From a virus (lineage: Duplodnaviria; Caudoviricetes), in the IMG/VR virus record IMGVR_UViG_3300048930_000349, positions 1 through 52,850 of that record: a stretch of DNA of 52,850 bases; one strand, written 5' to 3'. Every line of letters starts with the position of its first letter. Positions within the stretch are counted from its first letter, which is position 1. The notes under the pieces are model-generated. The model saw only the letters and a program-made list of their open reading frames with translations. It was not told the DNA's origin and ran no database searches. Below are positions 1 through 8,916 of the stretch, one piece after another. Position numbers and translations under genes: made by a program.

Positions 1-127
1 GGGGTGGTGGCCTGGGCGGGGACTTGCCCGTCCATGGCCTTCTCTGCCACGCTGGCCTCGGTTGCGTCCTCGAGGCCTTGCGTCTCGCTCACGGTGGGCT
101 GCTCGCCCTTCTGGATCTTGCGGTAGA
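1..127. repeat. Terminal overlap identical to 52724..52850 (circular assembly overlap)
   Basis: Exact 127-nt identity of both ends; an ORF reads through the junction in frame. Confidence 0.95.
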
Positions 128-2159
128 TCGAGGCGGCGAGATCCCCGATCTCCTTGTCCCTGACCGATTCCGCGATGGCGAAGGCGAGCACGTCCTGGGC
201 ATAGGGCCCATAGATCTCCTCCACCTGGTCGATGGTGGCGCGGATCTCGTCCTCGGCCGCCTTGCGGGCGGCCTTGGCCACGGTGCGGCGCTCGGCCGGG
301 GTCTTGGCCTTCGATTGCGCGGTGATGATGGCGGCGTCCACCTGGTCGATGATGGTCTGCACCGGCGCGATGATGGCATAGGCTTCCTTGCGGGTGACCG
401 GCTTCTGGATCGCCTTGGGGATGCCGACTTGCTCTTGAGCTGCGAGGCGGGCGCGGATCACGCCCTGAATGCTCTCGGGGCGGGCGGGGTTGTAGGCCTC
501 TTTCGCCTGGGCCACCATGGGCGAGTCCTCCACCGCCTTGGCCGGATCCTTGAGGCGGAGATCCTGGAGGGTCTTGGCGCGCTTCTCGGCCCTCTCATAG
601 ACGGCCTGGCGCCGGGCGAAGTTATCCGCCCCGGGCTTGGGCTCGAGCCCCTCGAGGTGCTCCTCGATCTGCTCGTTGGTCATCGAGTCCTGGACGGTGA
701 CGGCCTCGTAGATCTCCACCGCCTGCTGGCGCTTCTCGAGCCACTTGGCCGCGTCATCCTCGCCCAGGGTGTTGACCACCGTCTGGGGGTCCACGGTCCC
801 GGCCTTGCCGGTGGCCTCGATCTGGGCCAGGTCATCCTCGATCGCCTGCTTTACCTGGTAGCGCTCGAGGGCCGAGGCTTCCCGGGTTTCCTTCTCGCGC
901 GCCGCTCTCTCGCCATCGGCCTCCGCCTGGAGGGCCATGCGCTCATCGGTCTCGAGGATCGAGTAATATTCCGGGGGCGTGAGGTCCGCGATGTCATCGC
1001 CGCCCGAGAGGATGATGTCGGCCTCCTCGTTGCGGCGCCGGGCGTTGATTCCCTTGTTGTGGCCCTGCAAGCCGCGCACCGCTTCCGCCACCTGGCCGAG
1101 GTCGCCGCTCTTGATGGCGTTCACTACCGATCCGGGAAGGGATCCATAGTTGTAGGCGACCGAGGTCAGGGCGGCCTTGGCCGAGGCAGGCATGGCGCCC
1201 CAGGCATCAGGGCCGACATCGCGGACAATGCCGGACTGGAATTCACCAATGCGGCGGTTGAGGTCGCGCTCGGCATCGGCCCTTGTGATGACCATGCCCG
1301 GCTTGACCGGCAGAATCGTGCCGTCCTCGAGGGTCACGGTGTCGGATCCGAAGCCCACCCGATAGGCGTTCTCATCCCAATAGGGCCGGGCGCGATAGCC
1401 TTCCTGCTTGCGGATCAGGCCCACCGCACCACCTTCGCCACCCTCGAGCCACGCCGAAGCGGCGAGCGGGTTGTCCTGGATGTCCTGGGCCACCTTGGTC
1501 TTGGCGTACTTCTTCGCCAGGTTGCGGCGCAACTCGATCCCCTTGGCCGGGTCGATCAATCCCGCATCGACCATGTTGTCGATGTTGGCCCGCGCCTGGG
1601 CAATCATGCCCTCCGAGGTCTTGCGGTCGAGGCCCGGCCTGGTGGCGAGGGTGATGGTCTCGTCCAGACCATAAACCGCCTCGGTCACGCGCCGCTCGCG
1701 GTCGATCCCCTGGGCCCGGTTGCGGACATTGATCGAGCCGGAGACCACATCGTCGGAGGTCTCGAGTTCAAATTTCTCGCGGAGCTTCGGGCTGCGGATG
1801 AGCGCGGCCGATGTCCTGCGGTGCTTCTCGATGTTGGTGGTGTAGCCCTTTTCCCAGCCGTCATAGTTGGGATTCTTGTCGAGCTGATAGAGGTCATCCT
1901 CCTCGAGGCGGCGCTTGTTCCAATCGGCCCGGGCCCGCGCCAGGTCGAGGGCATCGTCCTCCTTCTTCTGCCGGAGCGCGAGATCCCGATCGAGTTCAAG
2001 GTTGCGATCGGCCTCGTCCGAGACCACGCGGCCCGCCCCCTCGATGGCTTGGCCCGCCCGGCTGACGGCGCGGCCGATGATGTCCTCCTGCTGGCGCGGC
2101 ACATCCCGGCTGCGCGGGAGGTTGAAACCGAGGGCTTCCTCTGTCGGCATCCTCGGCAT
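1..2159 (-). CDS. Internal virion/ejection protein with lysozyme (GH24-like) domain; 5' part, continues across the circular junction to 52498 (about 794 aa)
   Basis: GGAGAG RBS then ATG at 2159; open frame MPRMPTEEALG...; lysozyme-like segment LIRKQEGYRARPYWDENAYRVGFGS...SVAYNYG...RRRNEEA at about 1020-1425; in frame with 52498..52815. Missing from the ORF track because it crosses the window edge. Confidence 0.8.
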   Translation of the reverse strand, partial: MPRMPTEEALGFNLPRSRDVPRQQEDIIGRAVSRAGQAIEGAGRVVSDEADRNLELDRDLALRQKKEDDALDLARARADWNKRRLEEDDLYQLDKNPNYDGWEKGYTTNIEKHRRTSAALIRSPKLREKFELETSDDVVSGSINVRNRAQGIDRERRVTEAVYGLDETITLATRPGLDRKTSEGMIAQARANIDNMVDAGLIDPAKGIELRRNLAKKYAKTKVAQDIQDNPLAASAWLEGGEGGAVGLIRKQEGYRARPYWDENAYRVGFGSDTVTLEDGTILPVKPGMVITRADAERDLNRRIGEFQSGIVRDVGPDAWGAMPASAKAALTSVAYNYGSLPGSVVNAIKSGDLGQVAEAVRGLQGHNKGINARRRNEEADIILSGGDDIADLTPPEYYSILETDERMALQAEADGERAAREKETREASALERYQVKQAIEDDLAQIEATGKAGTVDPQTVVNTLGEDDAAKWLEKRQQAVEIYEAVTVQDSMTNEQIEEHLEGLEPKPGADNFARRQAVYERAEKRAKTLQDLRLKDPAKAVEDSPMVAQAKEAYNPARPESIQGVIRARLAAQEQVGIPKAIQKPVTRKEAYAIIAPVQTIIDQVDAAIITAQSKAKTPAERRTVAKAARKAAEDEIRATIDQVEEIYGPYAQDVLAFAIAESVRDKEIGDLAASIYRKIQKGEQPTVSETQGLEDATEASVAEKAMDGQVPAQATT

Positions 2160-2161
2160 GG

Positions 2162-2710
2162 TCACTCTCCCATTGCATAGTCATAGGACCGGCTCGCGCG
2201 CTTGCGCTTGCCATAGTCGGAATAGATGGTTCCGGCGGTCCCGAGGAGGCCGGTTCCTGCATTGATGAAGCCTGCCGTTTTGGCCTGCTTGCCTTCGGCC
2301 TTGGTGATGGCGGCGCTGGTGTAGAGGTCATTGCGCGCCACGGACCCGCTGTAGAGATCGGTCAGGGCGTTGTACTCGCCGCGCTGCTCGATGCCGGTCA
2401 TGATGTCGGTGACGGTATCGCCGGTGCCTCCGCCCGAGGCCGCCGCCACCGCCTGGGTGCGCCCGAGAGCGAGCTGCTTCTGCCGCCTGGTCTCCATGGC
2501 GCGGCGCTGGGCGATGGCATATTCCTGGTCGCCCTTCTCCTTCATCGCCTTGGATTGGGCCTTGGCGGAGGCTTCGGCCTGCATTCCGCTATAGACCGAG
2601 CCACCCGCTCCAAGGAGAGATCCGCCTACTGTGAGAGCCGTTCCGATGGCGCCAGCGTTGGCGCTCAGAAACCCGCCAACCGCGCCGAGTGCTGCCATTA
2701 CGGGAGCCAT
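2162..2710 (-). CDS. Small Ala/Gly-rich internal virion (ejection) protein
   Basis: MAPVMAALGAVGG... Gly/Ala-rich N- and C-termini with central helix; position after tail tubular B as in T7/BPP-1-like podophages. Confidence 0.7.
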   Translation of the reverse strand: MAPVMAALGAVGGFLSANAGAIGTALTVGGSLLGAGGSVYSGMQAEASAKAQSKAMKEKGDQEYAIAQRRAMETRRQKQLALGRTQAVAAASGGGTGDTVTDIMTGIEQRGEYNALTDLYSGSVARNDLYTSAAITKAEGKQAKTAGFINAGTGLLGTAGTIYSDYGKRKRASRSYDYAMGE

Positions 2711-3066
2711 TTGAAAACCCTTTCGCCGTTGATCTTCTCGCCTGTCGGCTTGAACCCGAGACGCAACAACCACCGCTCCGCCGTGGGCTCGGTCTTGGCC
2801 TCTATGGCATAAAGTTCCCCGAGCTGCGAGACACCCGCCGCCACCATCTGCTTGGCCAGCCGGTGCATGAGGAGCGGGAAGCGGCGCAACTCCTCGGCCA
2901 TGTCGAGGTTGAGGAAGGGGCGGTTGCCCTGGCCGATGACGATCGAGGCGGCGCCGATCTCGCGGCCGTCCAACTCCGCCACCAAGCCGAAAAACCTGGG
3001 CACGATGTAGCGCGAGTGCTTCACCATGTCCCGCGCCCGCATTTCCCGAACCCTAAGCGCGCTCAT
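2698..3066 (-). CDS. GNAT-like / internal virion protein A-like protein
   Basis: AERWLLRLGFKP motif; syntenic position after tail tubular B. Confidence 0.55.
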   Translation of the reverse strand: MSALRVREMRARDMVKHSRYIVPRFFGLVAELDGREIGAASIVIGQGNRPFLNLDMAEELRRFPLLMHRLAKQMVAAGVSQLGELYAIEAKTEPTAERWLLRLGFKPTGEKINGERVFKWLP

Positions 3067-5758
3067 GGCTCTCCACCTCCAGCACCACGCCGAGCACGGT
3101 GGCCGGGAGCGGCGAGCGGAATTTCATGCACAGCCGGGAGTCGGTGCTCCAGGATCCGGGCAGGGTGAACCCATCCGAATCATAGTCCTCGAGGAAGGCA
3201 TTCACGCCCTGGTCGGCGCCGCGATAGAACCGCGGCAGGGGATCCATGCGGGTGAAATCCTGACCGAACAGCACCGCGCGCATGTGGGCCTTGTAGAGCA
3301 GCGGCGAAACCCGGCTGACAATCTTGCGCTGGGTGACGGCGGTGCCCGTCTGGGCAGCATAGGCCAGCTTGGTGGACTTGAACCTTCCCTCGTAGGGGAT
3401 GCCCACCATCACGTCGCCGGTGAAGGCGGAAGGCAGCGTGATCTGCCCGCCCGAGACCTGGAAGGTGCGGGGTTCCCCGGCGTCGGTGAGGAGAGGGGCT
3501 GTGCCCTGCCACACCACCACGGTCTCGCCCTCGAGATGGGAAAGCCCGGTGACGGTGGCCGAGGCCGCGAGGGTGACCACCTTGTAGCTGTCGGCCATCC
3601 GGCAGGAGGCCCCACCCTCGGCGTTCTGCTCATAGGCCAGGCGCTCACGGTAGCGCTTCGGCGTGCCGTCGATGTTGCGGGCCACGATGAGGAACACGTC
3701 ATCGCCCTCGGTGTTGGGCAGGACGCACACGTCCTCGATGTCGCCGTCGGTCTCGAAGGTGGTCCAGGCCAGCACGTCCTCGGCGGGCTCATAGGTCAGC
3801 ACCGCGGCCGTGCCGTCCTCGAGCACAAACCACACCCTTGTGTCGGGCTGGCGCTGCACCGCCATCACCTTCACCCCGGAATCGAGAATGGAGGGGTTGT
3901 AGCGCGAGAGTTCGCTGGCCGTGTAGTCCTGGGCCTCGACCGAATAGCTCAGGATGTGGGAGCGCTTGCCGGAGCGATTGACGAACACGCCGGAGCGATC
4001 GACCTTCACCGCCTGGATGTCGGCGGAGCCGATGGTGGAGGCGTCCTTGATCGAGAAATTCGTTGGGGTGATCGGCTCATCGAAGCTCGAGGAGCGGGCC
4101 GAGGATTCCGCCCCGGAGGTGCCCACCAGCAGCCGCGCCAGGCCCATCAGCCATTGCACCCGGTTGACCGGGCCCGCCGCCACGGAGCGCACGATCGGGG
4201 AGGCGTCGGTGATCTCCTCCTCGTAGAAGGTCTCGAAATCGTCGGAGGCGCTGCCCACCAGCTTGTCGGCCGAGCCGAACCACAGGCGCCCCTCGAAGAT
4301 CTCCACCGCCGAAGGCCAGCCCTGCTGGTTTGACCACAGGCCCTCGCGCCAGTTGGAGCAGTTGTCAGAGGAGTGCAGCCGTGAGAGGACTTCGATCGAC
4401 ACCGAGGTGGGGCTGGTGTAGCCGGTCACCCGGACCACGCCGGTGCCGCCGCCGCCCTGCACTTCGAGATTGACCACCGCCACGCCGCTGGAATGGGCGT
4501 CGGGGCCGAAGCCCATGCGGTAATAGGTGATCTGGCCATTGGACCCGACGTTGCGGTTGTAGTTGCCGTTGTTGTCGGAGAACGACAGTGCCTCGACCCA
4601 CGGGCCATCGGGGGAGTCGGCAGAGTATTCGCGCAGCGTGCCGCTCCACGTCCCCGAGCGGCTCATGGTCACGCGGCGCTCGTTGACGGCGGTGTTGCTG
4701 GCGTTGGTGGTGTAGCCCGCCACCCGCACCCAGTCGGAATAGGTGTCATCTCCCCCGAGGCGGTTGGAGGCAGTGGTCTTCTCATAGGTGAGCTCGAACA
4801 GGGCCCCCACCATGTCGGGGGTGAAGAAGGCCGCGGAGGCCGTCATGGTGCCGTTGCCGGTCCTCACGTTGGGGTCGAGCGTGACGTTGGCGGTCTTGCC
4901 CTTCCACGGCCCATTGGTGATCTGCTGGATGGTGAGCGACCAGGAACGGATGCCGCGGCGCTCGATGCGGCGGGGCGCGTGATCCTTGTGAACGACGAAA
5001 ATCACGTCGCCCGACTGCACATAACGGAGCTCGAACAACTGCGCCGCCGACCATGGCGAGGTGAGGGAGAGTTCGCCTGCCGCCTCGATCTGGATCTCGT
5101 CCACCACCACCTGGGTCTCGGCGGCGGAGTTGAGCTGGATGAAAACGGTGGCGGCATTGGGCGTGAAGGCGAGGCTATGCACGCCCGGCCCGAGTTCGGT
5201 CTCGGCAAGGATGTCCTGGCCGCCGGAGGAGGTGCCCAGCTTGAAGCGCACGATGCCGCGGGTGACGGTAATCCGCACCGCGTGTTCCGTGGCCTGGTCG
5301 CCCGCCGAGACGTTGAACGAGCGCGAGGCCGAGGCGGTGCGGCCGCGCGCGTCGGGGATCAGCACCAAGGCGCCGGAGACGGTGGAATTGACGTTGGCAT
5401 CGACCAGCGTCCAGCCGGTGCCGCTGGAGAAGTTGCCGTTGGTGATGCTGGTCGAGACCGAGGCCCGGGAGATGGGCGAGCCGTTCACCAGCGGGCGGAT
5501 CCTGAGATCGGTCAGTTCCACCAGGGCGGTGTCCTCGGCCGAGAAGATGAAGGGGAGATGCCGCCCCGCGAGATCGTTATAGGTCGAGCCGTCATGCTCG
5601 AGGCCCGGCCGGAACTGGAGCGGGCCGATCACCTTGGGGAAGCAGTTGTGGAATTCCTCCGCCGTGATTCGCATCCGGGCGAGATCGGTGCGGCCCAGCG
5701 CGAGGGGCGAGACGGCGCCGCCGTTGAGGGCGAAAAGGTGGGGGCGTTCCCGGGCCAT
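3053..5758 (-). CDS. Tail tubular protein B (nozzle)
   Basis: About 900 aa beta-rich; ELRYVQSGDVIFVVH, GWPSAVEIFEGRLWFG and GLSHLEGETVVVW motifs; start MARERPH overlapping the upstream stop. Confidence 0.85.
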   Translation of the reverse strand: MARERPHLFALNGGAVSPLALGRTDLARMRITAEEFHNCFPKVIGPLQFRPGLEHDGSTYNDLAGRHLPFIFSAEDTALVELTDLRIRPLVNGSPISRASVSTSITNGNFSSGTGWTLVDANVNSTVSGALVLIPDARGRTASASRSFNVSAGDQATEHAVRITVTRGIVRFKLGTSSGGQDILAETELGPGVHSLAFTPNAATVFIQLNSAAETQVVVDEIQIEAAGELSLTSPWSAAQLFELRYVQSGDVIFVVHKDHAPRRIERRGIRSWSLTIQQITNGPWKGKTANVTLDPNVRTGNGTMTASAAFFTPDMVGALFELTYEKTTASNRLGGDDTYSDWVRVAGYTTNASNTAVNERRVTMSRSGTWSGTLREYSADSPDGPWVEALSFSDNNGNYNRNVGSNGQITYYRMGFGPDAHSSGVAVVNLEVQGGGGTGVVRVTGYTSPTSVSIEVLSRLHSSDNCSNWREGLWSNQQGWPSAVEIFEGRLWFGSADKLVGSASDDFETFYEEEITDASPIVRSVAAGPVNRVQWLMGLARLLVGTSGAESSARSSSFDEPITPTNFSIKDASTIGSADIQAVKVDRSGVFVNRSGKRSHILSYSVEAQDYTASELSRYNPSILDSGVKVMAVQRQPDTRVWFVLEDGTAAVLTYEPAEDVLAWTTFETDGDIEDVCVLPNTEGDDVFLIVARNIDGTPKRYRERLAYEQNAEGGASCRMADSYKVVTLAASATVTGLSHLEGETVVVWQGTAPLLTDAGEPRTFQVSGGQITLPSAFTGDVMVGIPYEGRFKSTKLAYAAQTGTAVTQRKIVSRVSPLLYKAHMRAVLFGQDFTRMDPLPRFYRGADQGVNAFLEDYDSDGFTLPGSWSTDSRLCMKFRSPLPATVLGVVLEVESHERA

Positions 5759-6393
5759 TAGGCGTACCTGTGTCCGCCGGAGGATCCGCGGTAGCCGCTG
5801 AACCGGGCCTTGTTCCATCGCCCGTCCGGCGGCCGCCTGGTCGGCTCGCGCATGGCCTCGAAGGTCAGGGCTTCCTTGAGCGCGTTGTCCGCGTCAGCCT
5901 TGAGGTTGCCCTTGGCATTGTCCGAGGCGCCGGTGATCTTGGGCGCGATCGAGTGCGCCAGGCGCCAGGAGAAGGCCTCGATGAAGCGGGCCGTCCACCG
6001 CGTCATGTCCATGCCATAGCCGGTGTCGGAGTTGGAGACGTAGCGCACATAGATCGGGGTCACGTCCGCGATGAAGGTGTTGCCCTCCTCAAGCCACTCC
6101 TCGAGTGGCGGGTCAAGGCGCTCGGAGCCCGAGACCAGATAGGTGCGAACCCAATCCTCGGGCTTGTTGAACACCCTATTGGCGCCGAATGCGGTGGCCG
6201 TGTCGGGGTCATAGTCGATCTTCACCGTCCGCATGGCGAATTTCCAGAACCCCGCCTCGAGCATCCAGCGGAGATCCTGGTCATAGTGGGTGTCGAGCAC
6301 ATAGCGCGCCTCGCGGGCTTCATCCACGGCGGCGAGTTGGCTCTCCTTGATATGGGAGAGGGCCAGGTTGTAGATCTCGAGCTGGGTGGTCAC
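5758..6393 (-). CDS. Tail tubular protein A (adaptor)
   Basis: MTTQLEIYNLALSHI...WKFAMR...FIEAFSWRLA; typical gp11-like pattern and synteny. Confidence 0.85.
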   Translation of the reverse strand: MTTQLEIYNLALSHIKESQLAAVDEAREARYVLDTHYDQDLRWMLEAGFWKFAMRTVKIDYDPDTATAFGANRVFNKPEDWVRTYLVSGSERLDPPLEEWLEEGNTFIADVTPIYVRYVSNSDTGYGMDMTRWTARFIEAFSWRLAHSIAPKITGASDNAKGNLKADADNALKEALTFEAMREPTRRPPDGRWNKARFSGYRGSSGGHRYA

Positions 6394-6411
6394 GGCCTGG
6401 CCCTCCTGGCG

Positions 6412-6888
6412 CTAGTGCTTCATGTCTTCGAGGTAGAGGTCGAGCGCCTTTTCGGCGTCCGCCTTCTGCGGCAGATCCTTGGCGATGATCTTGCCCGAGG
6501 CCTTCTCGATCAAGCGCCAGCCGCGGGCGTTGGGCTCGATCTTGAAATTGTCGCGCTTGGGCGAATAGTCGGCATCGGCACGCTCGGCACCATCGCGCTG
6601 GTTGAGGATGAACCACACGCACTTGGCCCAGGTATCGGAGGCCTGGATCACCAGCAACTCGCCGTCGAAGGAGCCATCCTCGGCCCTGACCCTGATGAAA
6701 TAGTTCGGGCGCAGCTTGCGCGCGGCGTGCATCCAATACTCGGGCTGGAGCAGATCCTCCGGCGTGTGCCCGATGGGGATGAGGGTGAAATAGCTCTGCG
6801 ACACATATTGCGCGAGCGAGAGGTATGTCGCCGGGAGGGCGATCCTGCGGGAGGCGGGGGCTTTGATTTCGAGGGCCGGGGTCTGCAT
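6412..6888 (-). CDS. Conserved hypothetical phage protein
   Basis: AGGAG RBS before MQTPALE; GC3-rich codons; between capsid and tail adaptor genes. Confidence 0.7.
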   Translation of the reverse strand: MQTPALEIKAPASRRIALPATYLSLAQYVSQSYFTLIPIGHTPEDLLQPEYWMHAARKLRPNYFIRVRAEDGSFDGELLVIQASDTWAKCVWFILNQRDGAERADADYSPKRDNFKIEPNARGWRLIEKASGKIIAKDLPQKADAEKALDLYLEDMKH

Positions 6889-6906
6889 GGGTTTCTCCTG
6901 TGATAA

Positions 6907-6931
6907 GGGCGGGGGATTGCGCCCCCGCCCC
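6907..6931 (-). terminator. GC-rich hairpin (terminator or processing site)
   Basis: GGGCGGGGG-CGCAAT-CCCCCGCCC stem-loop on the minus strand; short U tail. Confidence 0.4.
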
Positions 6932-6958
6932 ACCATCTAGCACAACCGGAGAAAAAAG

Positions 6959-7219
6959 TTATGCCAGGATTGCGGGTGCCATGGTTGCGGCGCCACCGGC
7001 CGTCACGGTCGTGACAACGTGGATGGTGGCACCAATGGTGGCGGAGGTCTTGACGTAGATCACCACATCGTTGACCCGGAAGCCCTTGGCGGCGCCATCG
7101 GCAATGAACCCGGCCTCGTCGGCATCGGTGTGGATGTCGGTGCCGTAGCCGAGCCAGATCGAGGGGGCGTCACCGACACCCGCCACCATGAGGTTCCATT
7201 GTGCAGAAACGTAAGCCAT
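6959..7219 (-). CDS. Small virion structural / capsid decoration protein
   Basis: 86 aa directly downstream of the capsid gene, AGGAG RBS. Confidence 0.6.
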   Translation of the reverse strand: MAYVSAQWNLMVAGVGDAPSIWLGYGTDIHTDADEAGFIADGAAKGFRVNDVVIYVKTSATIGATIHVVTTVTAGGAATMAPAILA

Positions 7220-7254
7220 TTTCGTGCTCCTATTGAGCGTTGAAGGGAGAGGGG

Positions 7255-7275
7255 AGAGGCGGGATCACCCCGCCT
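7255..7275 (-). terminator. Hairpin after the major capsid gene
   Basis: GAGGCGGG-GTGAT-CCCGCCTC followed by a pyrimidine run. Confidence 0.45.
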
Positions 7276-7285
7276 CGCTCAATCG

Positions 7286-8149
7286 TTAGGTGGCGACGAA
7301 GGCCGAGCCGTCATGGATCATGCGAACCACACCGGCGTTCTGCAGCAGCTTGGCGCCGTGGAACACCGAGCACCGGGCCCAGCTCATCTGCTGCTTCTCG
7401 TCGTAGCCGATGGCCGAGTCCACGCCCTTGGTGTCCACCGCGTGGCCGATGGCCGAGCGGTGATACATGAGACAGGTCTCGGAGTTGGTGCCGATGCCAG
7501 CGATCTGGTTGCTGACGATCCACTTCACGCCCATCCACTCGTACCAGCCCTGGCCGGACTGCTTCTCGGAGGCCGCGCTCCAGCCGGGGAAGCTGACGAA
7601 GGGCTTGACCGTGACATAGTCGGCGCTGGCGAAGGAAGCGATCGCCATGAGGTAGAGCAGGAACGCCGGGGAGACCACGGCATAGACGTTGCCGTCCCAG
7701 GCCACGCCGTTGATCTGGAGCTGGGCAATGGCCTTGGAGACCATGGTCAGCGAAGCAGTCGCGGCGGAGCCGGTGTCGAGCGAGGTCGTGGCCAGCTCGG
7801 TGAGGATGACCGAATCCATGTCGCGGTTGATCACCGACATGGTGTTCATCTGCATGATGGCCCGCTGATCTCCCTGCGACTGGAAGATGTTGAAGCCGGT
7901 CATCTCGCGGAGGTCATGCTTTTCGACCACCGTGCATTCGACCTGCGTGTTGCTGTTGTCGCTCGACGGGATCAGGCCGTTGACGCCGCGGGTCACGGCG
8001 GCGCCGGACGAGGAGGCGATAAGGAACGTGGCCTTGTTGCCCTTGATCATCGACTCCTTGGTCGTAGTCTCCTTGAGGAGGCTCTGACGCTGGCCGAAGG
8101 CGGCAATGAATTCGTCACGATATTGAATCTGGGGGGCTGCACCGGGCAT
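7286..8149 (-). CDS. Major capsid protein (BPP-1-like)
   Basis: 287 aa, strongly GC3-biased codons, own promoter and leader, position after scaffold. Confidence 0.85.
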   Translation of the reverse strand: MPGAAPQIQYRDEFIAAFGQRQSLLKETTTKESMIKGNKATFLIASSSGAAVTRGVNGLIPSSDNSNTQVECTVVEKHDLREMTGFNIFQSQGDQRAIMQMNTMSVINRDMDSVILTELATTSLDTGSAATASLTMVSKAIAQLQINGVAWDGNVYAVVSPAFLLYLMAIASFASADYVTVKPFVSFPGWSAASEKQSGQGWYEWMGVKWIVSNQIAGIGTNSETCLMYHRSAIGHAVDTKGVDSAIGYDEKQQMSWARCSVFHGAKLLQNAGVVRMIHDGSAFVAT

Positions 8150-8196
8150 CGGAAATGCTCCTGTTATGGGTTACCGTTTGATCTGCCGTGATCAGC

Positions 8197-8308
8197 GGTT
8201 GGCCATTTCGGAGCCTCGGGTTGGCCTTGCGGGGCCGAGGTGGTTCCTGCCTGGGGCGCGATAGTCCGGCTCGAGGATGCTGGGGCCGCCGGAGCGGGTT
8301 GGCCAGCA
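8197..8308 (-). ncRNA. Structured 5' leader of capsid mRNA with a repeated CCAAC/CC internal-loop motif
   Basis: Hairpins UGCUGG-CCAAC-CCGC-UCCG-GCGG-CC-CCAGCA and CCUCGG-CC-CC-GCAA-GG-CCAAC-CCGAGG; third GGCCAACC copy downstream. Confidence 0.5.
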
Positions 8309-8316
8309 CAGCCGCT

Positions 8317-8345
8317 CTTATATCGCAGCGTGTATTTTCACGCAA
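8317..8345 (-). promoter_or_regulatory. Sigma70-like capsid promoter with overlapping palindrome
   Basis: TTGCGT-N17-TATAAG; GCGTG-AAAATA-CACGC inverted repeat over the -35 and spacer. Confidence 0.55.
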
Positions 8346-8384
8346 TCCGAGTGATTTTCTGCCAACGAGGGCAACAGTTTCTTA

Positions 8385-8867
8385 TCAGAGATCGCGCTGG
8401 ATGCCGAAGCGGAGGATCACATCGGCGGTGGCCGCCGGGGTGTAGGCGCCGCGGGCGATGAGGCAGGCGAACAGCGAGCGGGAATCTGCCGCGGACTGCA
8501 CAACCATGTCCACGTTATAGGCCCCGGCCACCACCGGCGTGCCGATGTCGAAGCGGGTGGCGAGCTGGACGGCGCCGAGCACCTTGGCCACGTCCGTGGT
8601 GGCGATGGCAACGGCGTTGTTTTCGGAGAAGGTCGTGCCGGACGGATCCTCGGAGAACAGCACCAGGTCCATGTTGACGGTGAGATCCGCCTTGGAGCAG
8701 AGCAGCACCGACTTGAGCAGGCCGGAGCCGCCATCGCGGGCCATGGCCTTGGGGATGGTGATCTTGCCGCCGATGATCTCGCCGGTGGCATAGGCCGCCG
8801 CCTGGACAGTCAACTGAACGTCGATGATCTTGTTGGTCCCGCCGACATTTCCAATCACGTTCTGCAT
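8385..8867 (-). CDS. Putative virion structural / decoration protein
   Basis: 160 aa beta-rich, AGGAGG RBS, between scaffold and capsid genes. Confidence 0.55.
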   Translation of the reverse strand: MQNVIGNVGGTNKIIDVQLTVQAAAYATGEIIGGKITIPKAMARDGGSGLLKSVLLCSKADLTVNMDLVLFSEDPSGTTFSENNAVAIATTDVAKVLGAVQLATRFDIGTPVVAGAYNVDMVVQSAADSRSLFACLIARGAYTPAATADVILRFGIQRDL

Positions 8868-8916
8868 CGCCGCCTCCTATGGGTGTGGGCGGGTGTAGCA
8901 CACCCGCCGTTCAGTG

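Noticed and set aside
1-127. Biological direct terminal repeat
   Set aside because: Exactly 127 nt (a common assembler k-mer size) and falls mid-gene; best explained as a circular assembly overlap
24-2180. 718-aa + strand ORF (likewise 3026..4333, 12474..14126, 41162..42685, 49924..51966, 50312..51544)
   Set aside because: Antisense shadows of real GC3-rich minus-strand genes; no RBS, abnormal composition, no motifs
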